This document shows positions 57,772 through 64,000 of a DNA stretch of 64,000 nucleotides, in pieces (within the stretch, counting starts at the first letter, position 1; each line of letters begins with the position of its first letter). The DNA is from Patescibacteria group bacterium (lineage in GTDB: Bacteria > Patescibacteriota > Patescibacteriia > JAHJFT01), in assembly GCA_028710985.1 (NCBI GenBank), contig JAQTTB010000001.1, positions 295,397-359,396 on the forward strand, given 5' to 3'. The notes beneath the pieces are model-generated. The model saw only the letters and a program-made list of their open reading frames with translations. It ran no database searches and was not told where the DNA came from. The position numbers were made by a program, and so were the translations under genes.

Positions 57772-57780
57772 CGGGTCGGC

Positions 57781-57809
57781 TTGACTTTGCACATGATTGA
57801 TTGTATAAC
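57781..57809 (+). promoter_or_regulatory. sigma70 promoter for efp
   Basis: TTGACT-17-TATAAC. Confidence 0.5.
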
Positions 57810-57845
57810 TTTCTTAAATTAATAATATTTCTATATTTTTATCGT

Positions 57846-58412
57846 ATGGCTTCAACCTCGGAAATAAAAAAAGGCGCGGTTCTCAAATTCAAAGACGACC
57901 TTTGGCTTGTTACCGAATTCCAGCATATCAATCCGGGCAAGGGAAGCGCGTTTGTGCGCACGCGGCTCAAAAATATTAAAACCGGAAAAAGCCTGGAGAA
58001 TACTTTTAAAGTCTCCGAATCGGTCGATATCGAGGAGCTCACGCGAAAAAACATGAATTATCTTTATGCCGATGCCGGACAATATAATTTCATGGACCCG
58101 GTATCCTATGAACAGATTTCTTTGGGCGCCGATGTACTCGGGGATACGGCGCGCTTTCTCAAGGAAAATCTCGAGGTCATGATTCTCTACCATAACGACG
58201 CTCCGGTCACGGTTGAGATTCCCAAAAAAATTACCTATAAGATAGTTGAGGCCATGCCGGCCGTGAAGGGCGATACCGCTTCGGGAAATGTTACCAAGGA
58301 AGTTGTTTTGGAAAACGGGCTCAATGTCCAGGCGCCGCTTTTCATCAATCAGGGAGAAAGCATTGTGATAAATACCGACACCGGTGAATACGTTGAACGG
58401 GCTAAGTCGTAA
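57846..58412 (+). CDS. efp: elongation factor P
   Basis: HINPGKGSAFVR, YLYAD, KGDTA, PLFI..GE...I.T.TGEYVER. Confidence 0.98.
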   Translation: MASTSEIKKGAVLKFKDDLWLVTEFQHINPGKGSAFVRTRLKNIKTGKSLENTFKVSESVDIEELTRKNMNYLYADAGQYNFMDPVSYEQISLGADVLGDTARFLKENLEVMILYHNDAPVTVEIPKKITYKIVEAMPAVKGDTASGNVTKEVVLENGLNVQAPLFINQGESIVINTDTGEYVERAKS

Positions 58413-58423
58413 TTCAATATAAC

Positions 58424-58474
58424 AAAAACACCCTGGCCTGCCTGCCGGTAGGCAGGTTACCCGGGGTGTTTTTT
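58424..58474. terminator. bidirectional terminator with the 20-bp palindrome (58437-58456) in its loop
   Basis: aaaaacaccctgg [cctgcctgccggtaggcagg] ttac ccggggtgttttt. Confidence 0.7.
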
Positions 58475-58486
58475 ATTTTATTGTCA

Positions 58487-59515
58487 CTAGTCCTTTTCCG
58501 GTGCCTTTGCTTTCACCTGCTCCCAAATATCTTTTCCAATTTTATCCATAAGTTTCGGGTCGCCCTTGAGAAACAGTTTGGCCGTTTCGCGGCCAACGCC
58601 AAGCTTGATTTCGCCGTAGGCGTAGGAGTTGCCGGATTTTTGAATAATGCCGTAGGCAATGCCTGTGTCCAAGAGATCTCCGGGAATTGAAATACCTTCG
58701 TTGTACATGATATCAAATTCCGTGGCGCGAAACGGCGGCGCGACTTTGTTCTTGACGATTTTTGCTTTGACGCGGTTGCCGATGATTGTTTCGCCCTGCT
58801 TGATCTGCGCGGCGCGCCGCACTTCAATGCGCACCGAGCTGTAAAACTTAAGCGCGTTGCCGCCGGTCGTGGTTTCCGGATTGCCGAACATGACGCCGAT
58901 TTTGTGGCGGATCTGGTTTATAAAAATTACGATTGTCCGGCTCTTTGAAACAATGCCGGCAAGCTTCCGGAGGGCCTGGCTCATGAGGCGGGCCTGCAGT
59001 CCGATGTGTTGATCGCCCATGTCTCCTTCTATTTCCGCTCGCGGAGTGAGCGCCGCCACGGAATCAATCACTATTACATCAACCGCGTTTGAACGCACGA
59101 GCGTCTCAACAATCTCAAGCGCCTGTTCGCCGGTGTCGGGCTGTGAAATCAAAAGATCATTAATTTTTACGCCGATGCGTTTTGCATAATCCGGATCCAG
59201 CGCGTGCTCGGCATCCACGAACGCGGCAATTCCGCCGCGCTTCTGCACTTCGGCGACAATGTGCTGCGCGAGTGTGGTTTTACCCGATGCCTCGGGTCCA
59301 AAGATCTCGATAATGCGGCCATGCGGCACGCCGCCGACACCGAGCGCGATATCGAGCGAAATGCTGCCCGTGGGCACGGTTTCCACCTGCATGCTCTTGG
59401 CCTCACCAAGCTTCATGATCGAGCCTTCGCCGAAACGGCTCTTGATCTGGCTTACCGCCTCCGAAGCGGCGTTTTGTTTTTCATCCTGCCCCTCCCGTTC
59501 CTTGTCTTTAGCCAT
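58487..59515 (-). CDS. recA: recombinase A
   Basis: [46 protein letters not shown]. Confidence 0.99.
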   Translation of the reverse strand: MAKDKEREGQDEKQNAASEAVSQIKSRFGEGSIMKLGEAKSMQVETVPTGSISLDIALGVGGVPHGRIIEIFGPEASGKTTLAQHIVAEVQKRGGIAAFVDAEHALDPDYAKRIGVKINDLLISQPDTGEQALEIVETLVRSNAVDVIVIDSVAALTPRAEIEGDMGDQHIGLQARLMSQALRKLAGIVSKSRTIVIFINQIRHKIGVMFGNPETTTGGNALKFYSSVRIEVRRAAQIKQGETIIGNRVKAKIVKNKVAPPFRATEFDIMYNEGISIPGDLLDTGIAYGIIQKSGNSYAYGEIKLGVGRETAKLFLKGDPKLMDKIGKDIWEQVKAKAPEKD

Positions 59516-59531
59516 ACTAATTTATAATTAA

Positions 59532-60224
59532 TTAATCTTCGTTTGATTCCATTATTATTTTTTTGTATACGGTTACGGCGCGGCTATGCCGTTTCCAGGC
59601 TTCAATGGTAACAATATTGAGGCCCCTTTGCAAATCCAGGGTATGGTTGAAGCGGCCTTCGCTGTCCGTGACCACCGCCTGGTCGTTGATTTTTACCAAT
59701 GCCTCGGCGTCGGTTTTGCCCTGAATTTCCGCCTGCGCGCGAACCGTGACAAAATCATCCGGCGGAGCGGTAACGATAAGGGAAGGCGGGCGGAGAAGCG
59801 CGTTGATCTGCCAGCCGAGATATCCGATAATCGCGAGGCCGGCGATGCTTACCAAAAATATTTTTATGAGTCGCGGCGCCACAATCAGATGGCTCGGCCG
59901 CAGCGTGCCAGATGCCGGCCGATGCCCCGTTTTTCCCTGCACCTTTGCCGCGAGATTCCACTCGTGTTCAAATAATGGTATGAATTTTGCTTCCTTAAGG
60001 CCGAGAGCGCGGAGATAGGCGCGCAAATAATTTTTTGAATAAAGTATTTCCGGAAGTTCGGAAAAATCATTTTTTTCAAACGCGACAATAAATTTTTCCT
60101 GAAGGCCGGCGCGTTCGGCGGCTTCGGCCGTCGAGAGTCCGCGCCGTTCACGCCATGACGCGAGCTCCTGGCCGAGCGTCGGCATAACGTCAATAGTTTT
60201 GATGCGAAAAGCCGGCATGGGCAA
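59532..60224 (-). CDS. RodZ-like protein (HTH, TM, Ig-like domain)
   Basis: LGQELASWRERRGLS...FEKNDFSELP...YLRAYLRALGL; TM; between ftsK and recA. Confidence 0.8.
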   Translation of the reverse strand: MPMPAFRIKTIDVMPTLGQELASWRERRGLSTAEAAERAGLQEKFIVAFEKNDFSELPEILYSKNYLRAYLRALGLKEAKFIPLFEHEWNLAAKVQGKTGHRPASGTLRPSHLIVAPRLIKIFLVSIAGLAIIGYLGWQINALLRPPSLIVTAPPDDFVTVRAQAEIQGKTDAEALVKINDQAVVTDSEGRFNHTLDLQRGLNIVTIEAWKRHSRAVTVYKKIIMESNED

Positions 60225-60260
60225 AAAAATAAAAAATCAAATCTCAAATCTCAAAAATAT

Positions 60261-62747
60261 TTAATCCTGATCGTTTTTTCGTCCCCAGCCCGTCTCGTCA
60301 TCTGATGGCACATAGGCGCTCGGTTCTTCTTTAGCCTCATCCTCCTCAGCATCCTCCTCGGATTCTCCCGGCTCATTCTCGGCTTCTTCTTCCACTTCTT
60401 TTTCCTCACTTTCCTCTTCCTCCACCTCTTCTTCTTCCGCCTCTTCTTCTTCGGCTTGTTCCGTTGTTCCATTGTTCTGTTGTTCGGTTGCTATATTGTT
60501 CTCTTGTTCTTTCGTTGGCTCATCTTCCGCCGTCTCCTCGGAAACTTCTTCCGAATCCAGCGGCGCGCCGCCTAAGTCTTCAAGATCGTCTAGGGAGTTA
60601 ATCAAAAGTTCGCGCGGTTTTGCGCCGTCGCCCGGGCCGATAATGCCCTGCTCTTCCATGAGATCCAAAAGTCTTGCCGCGCGTGCGTAACCGACTTTGA
60701 GCCGGCGCTGCAGGAGCGAGGCCGAAGCCTTCTTGGCCTGGAAAATCGCTTCAACCGCTTCTGGCATAAGCGGATCACCGTCGCCGTCGCTTGAAAAAAT
60801 CGTGCCGCCGGCGGTGCCTTTTTCGGTTACGGTTTCATCATAAGACGCGGGCGCATATTTTTCTTTGATAAACGACACTACGTTCCTGATTTCCTGGTCC
60901 GTAACAAACGCGCCCTGGAGCCGACGCGGCTTTGATATTTCTGCGGATGTAAAAAGCATGTCGCCGCGGCCGAGAAGTTTTTCCGCGCCCGAGGTGTCCA
61001 GAATGGTGCGTGAATCCATGAGCGATGCTACGGCAAACGCGATGCGCGCCGGAAAGTTGGCCTTGATGAGGCCGGTGATAACATCAACCGACGGACGCTG
61101 GGTCGCGAGAATGAGGTGGATGCCGACCGCGCGCGCCATCTGGGCCAAGCGGATGATGCTCGCCTCAACCTCCGAGGCTGCCGCGGTCATAAGATCCGCG
61201 AGTTCGTCAATGACGATTATAATATACGGCAGTTTTTCCTGATGCCCGGAATTATAAGTTCCGATGTCGCGCGCGCCGCACTTGGAAAGAATATCAAAGC
61301 GTTTTTCCATTTCGCGGATCGCCCATTTGAATGCATTCACGGTTTTATGGACATCGGTGACAACCGGCGTCAAGAGGTGCGGCAATCCGTTATAAACCGG
61401 AAGCTCAACGCGCTTTGGGTCGATCAAAATGAATTTTAATTCATCCGGGCTGTTCTGAAAGAGGAGGCTCATGATGATGGCGTTAAGGCAGACGGTTTTG
61501 CCCGAACCGGTTGAGCCGGCGACTAGAAGATGGGGCATGCGCGCGATGTCGGCCAGGTGCGGCGCGCCGGAAACGTCCTTGCCGAGGGCGATATAGGTGT
61601 TGCTTTTTCGTCCGCGAAATTCGCGTGTATCAAGAATCTGCCGGAGCCGCACGGTGGCGATGCTTTGGTTCGGAACTTCAATGCCGACAAGTGATTTGCC
61701 CGGAATCGGCGCCTCGATGCGGATTGGGTGCGCCGCTAAGGCGAGCGCGAGATCATTAGTGAGCGCGGTAATTCGGGTGAGCTTTACACCCTCCGTCGGT
61801 TTCAGCGTATATTGTGTCACCGTCGGTCCGATCGCGATGTCGCCCATTTCAACCTGCACGCCAAAGTCGGCGAGCGTTTTGCGGATAATTTCCTGCCGTG
61901 CCTTGATGTCCCCGGCCGTGGGTTTGCCGGCTTCGGCCGAAAGAAGATCGAACGGAATATCGATCTTGGCGCGCACGCGCGTCGGCGCGGCCGAAGGCAA
62001 GTGCTCTTCCGGGGGCTTTATTATTCTTTCAATTCTATTTTTAATAATTTTTTTCGCGAATCCGGGATCGTATTCGCCCTGGTCATTGATGACTTCGGGC
62101 GCGCCGATTTCCGATTCGGTTTCATCCGAAAATTTAGCCGTGCGTTCGGAGCGTTTGAAAAGAAAACCGATTGGTTTGAAGATTGAGAAAATTGCGGTGA
62201 ACATCCGGCCCACGATTGTGCCTGCGGCCATGAGATGCTGGATGTAGGTATTCAAAAGGAAAAGAATTGAAACCCCGGTCAAGGCGACGGTTAGTACGAG
62301 CGCGCCCCAAAAGCCGGTGAGTCCGAGAAACGGGCTCGCAACTAAAAGTCCGATCATGCCGCCGGCCGTGGCGAGTTCCTCGGCCGTAAAATCTTCGTTT
62401 CCAAAAACCAGCACATGCACAAGTGCGTTGAAAAATAGGAAAAATAAAACAACGCCCACCCAGTTGGTGGCGTTGACGCGGAGTTTTCCGGGCGCAAATA
62501 TCACATAGGCGATCACGGCCATGATCACGGGTATTAAAATCCGATCCCAGCCAAAGGCGTCACGCAGAAAATCATTGATTTTTACCCCAAAAGAGCCCGC
62601 TAAGTTGAAGATGCTCAGGGCGATAATCAGAGTGGTTGCAAGGAGCGCGATAATCGCGATGCCGCGTCGGGTCTCCGGCGTCAGATGCCAATGAAATTTT
62701 TGGTGCTTTTCGCCCCGGTTTCCGTTGATTTTTTTTCTTTTTTTCAT
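60261..62747 (-). CDS. ftsK: DNA translocase FtsK/SpoIIIE with acidic tail
   Basis: N-terminal TMs, RIEAPIPGK, PHLLVAGSTGSGKT, IDELADLM, ATQRPSVDVITG, SASLLQRRLKVGYARAARL. Confidence 0.98.
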   Translation of the reverse strand: MKKRKKINGNRGEKHQKFHWHLTPETRRGIAIIALLATTLIIALSIFNLAGSFGVKINDFLRDAFGWDRILIPVIMAVIAYVIFAPGKLRVNATNWVGVVLFFLFFNALVHVLVFGNEDFTAEELATAGGMIGLLVASPFLGLTGFWGALVLTVALTGVSILFLLNTYIQHLMAAGTIVGRMFTAIFSIFKPIGFLFKRSERTAKFSDETESEIGAPEVINDQGEYDPGFAKKIIKNRIERIIKPPEEHLPSAAPTRVRAKIDIPFDLLSAEAGKPTAGDIKARQEIIRKTLADFGVQVEMGDIAIGPTVTQYTLKPTEGVKLTRITALTNDLALALAAHPIRIEAPIPGKSLVGIEVPNQSIATVRLRQILDTREFRGRKSNTYIALGKDVSGAPHLADIARMPHLLVAGSTGSGKTVCLNAIIMSLLFQNSPDELKFILIDPKRVELPVYNGLPHLLTPVVTDVHKTVNAFKWAIREMEKRFDILSKCGARDIGTYNSGHQEKLPYIIIVIDELADLMTAAASEVEASIIRLAQMARAVGIHLILATQRPSVDVITGLIKANFPARIAFAVASLMDSRTILDTSGAEKLLGRGDMLFTSAEISKPRRLQGAFVTDQEIRNVVSFIKEKYAPASYDETVTEKGTAGGTIFSSDGDGDPLMPEAVEAIFQAKKASASLLQRRLKVGYARAARLLDLMEEQGIIGPGDGAKPRELLINSLDDLEDLGGAPLDSEEVSEETAEDEPTKEQENNIATEQQNNGTTEQAEEEEAEEEEVEEEESEEKEVEEEAENEPGESEEDAEEDEAKEEPSAYVPSDDETGWGRKNDQD

Positions 62748-62774
62748 GTTATTTTTCGCCTAATTTACCCATAA

Positions 62775-62803
62775 ATTATACCATTTTTTCAACCCTCGGT
62801 CAA
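62775..62803 (-). promoter_or_regulatory. sigma70 promoter for ftsK
   Basis: minus strand TTGACC-17-TATAAT. Confidence 0.7.
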
Positions 62804-62810
62804 CGATAAA

Positions 62811-62841
62811 CAAAAAACCAGATAATCTATCTGGTTTTTTG
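62811..62841. terminator. intrinsic terminator
   Basis: caaaaaaccagata-atc-tatctggttttttg. Confidence 0.75.
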
Positions 62842-62842
62842 C

Positions 62843-63020
62843 GGTTCTGCATTTGAAGCTGCGTCACGGGGCCAAGCAAGTTTTGTCGAGTCAAAGGTTG
62901 GAAAGCGTAGAGGAGAGAGATTTATCCCGACAAAGTCAGGATAACGCTTCTAACACTCCGATCTGACAGAAGCTTACCCCGCTTCGCAGCTTTAAAGGCA
63001 GAACTCGGACTGCGGTTAGT
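62843..63020 (-). ncRNA. candidate rod-shaped ncRNA or palindromic element
   Basis: ~160-nt imperfect hairpin, with TTGACA-17-TAAATT upstream (63055-63027) and a terminator downstream on the minus strand. Confidence 0.4.
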
Positions 63021-63262
63021 AATATTAATTTAATACAGATTTTGGTCTCTGTCAACCGCGGAATATTCTCACGACAAGCTATATTCAGGATTCAAGATTT
63101 TTGAATGCTGGATATAGCCGGCCTGATGAATTTTTTAGGTTCAACAGGCCGAGAAAGGGTGCGGCCCGGGAGCGGACGGCTCAAGGTCACAATGGCCGAA
63201 CCGTCCGCTCAACCAGGCCAGCGAGGCTCAAAGTCGGCAGAGTTCGCCAACGAGCCTTGCTC

Positions 63263-63553
63263 TCACTCCGGGCTTGCGAGATCTGAATCGCTAATCGCCA
63301 GCCGCGGTTTTGGCCGATATCCGCGGGAAAGATCCCGGTGCTTGATGGCCATCTCCAGGTCCATCAGCCCCTTGTCCCTCTCCACGTTCTCGCAGAGCTC
63401 GCAGACCGGTCGCAAGGACAGTTTCTTTCCGTTGTAGCGAACTAGGTAGGCCTTGCGAATCACCGGCTCGGAGAAGTCCGGGTTTTTCTTCCGTTCATCC
63501 TCAACCGCGAGATCGTGCGTCTCGCAGGTGCAATATATGAGTTCGTCGCACAT
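63263..63553 (-). CDS. small Cys-containing hypothetical protein
   Basis: SD aggaggt; CTCETH and CELC; GC-rich codon usage. Confidence 0.6.
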   Translation of the reverse strand: MCDELIYCTCETHDLAVEDERKKNPDFSEPVIRKAYLVRYNGKKLSLRPVCELCENVERDKGLMDLEMAIKHRDLSRGYRPKPRLAISDSDLASPE

Positions 63554-63575
63554 GGCTAGTACCTCCTACTTCTAT

Positions 63576-63678
63576 ATGCCAAATGTCAGATGTTAGATGT
63601 CAAATCTTATGTTAAATGTCAAAGCTTAAATTGTAGATTTAAGATTCATCTTTGACATATAACATTTGACATTTGACC
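63576..63678. repeat. empty AAATGTC-heptamer inverted-repeat cassette
   Basis: caaatgtcagatgttagatgtcaaa... / tttgacatataacatttgacatttg; no ORF between the arms. Confidence 0.8.
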
Positions 63679-63806
63679 TTGAAAAGTTCACATCAGCCGC
63701 CGATTTTCATCAGCGTCTAATGATCGGGCACAACTGATTCAGGGGATGAATCATTATGTTGTGCCAAGTTGAAGTGGAAGAACTGTGAACGGTGGGAAGA
63801 ACCGGA

Positions 63807-64000
63807 TCAGGCCGCCGAGCTGGCGGTTTCGGGCTCCTCGATCTCCCCCTGGGCGCCTGCGGCCGCCTTGCGGGCCTTCTTTCCGTTCGGTCGCGGCTGG
63901 CGCGGGTTCCCTCCGGAGGTCCTGTCGAGCTCGGCCTTGGCGAGCGCCTTGGCTACGCGTTCCGCCTTTGCCGCCTTTTTTGCCGCCTTGGTTGCATCGC
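63807..64000 (-). CDS. 3' end of an Ala/Lys-rich hypothetical protein (frame ambiguous; cut by window edge)
   Basis: GC-rich open frames reading ATKAAKKAAKAERVAKAL and, in another frame, TERKKARKAAAGAQGEIEEPETASSAA*. Confidence 0.35.
   Translation of the reverse strand, partial: DATKAAKKAAKAERVAKALAKAELDRTSGGNPRQPRPNGKKARKAAAGAQGEIEEPETASSAA

Noticed and set aside
63590-63617. ttatgttaaat matches the XerD arm of a dif site
   Set aside because: No XerC-like arm at the required spacing, it lies within an AAATGTY heptamer array, and the region is near oriC.

Overview
Origin-proximal window of a small bacterial genome, most likely Patescibacteria/CPR (Parcubacteria-like). This assignment is inferred from gene content, few Shine-Dalgarno sites in core genes, typical secreted proteins and palindromic repeat families. 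Core genes: tig (3' end), suhB, yidD-rnpA-rpmH, dnaA-oriC-dnaN, a class A PBP, polA, holA, rpsT, rmuC, ychF, rpsF-ssb-rpsR, epmA-efp, recA, a rodZ-like gene and ftsK. Accessory regions: a ~25 kb cell-surface locus (two WxL-like proteins, a DUF916-like protein, an Fn3-dockerin protein, a cohesin-membrane protein and a 5476-aa modular fibre protein) and a GC-rich trio of lipoprotein genes. Three patterns stand out. (1) Both tRNA genes (Cys-GCA, Ala-GGC) sit inside the REP-interrupted remains of an older tRNA gene of the same isotype, and each inner tRNA has its acceptor stem extended by a ~14-15 bp inverted repeat containing TAATCA/TGATTA. (2) Four four-helix-bundle (IVS/Avd-like) genes are each enclosed by inverted arrays of a 7-8 nt microsatellite, a different unit for each gene; empty and half cassettes also occur, some captured in-frame in polA and ftsK. 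(3) Each of the three lipoprotein genes is followed exactly 19 nt after its stop codon by the same bulged hairpin. All calls come from reading the sequence by eye; no database search was run.
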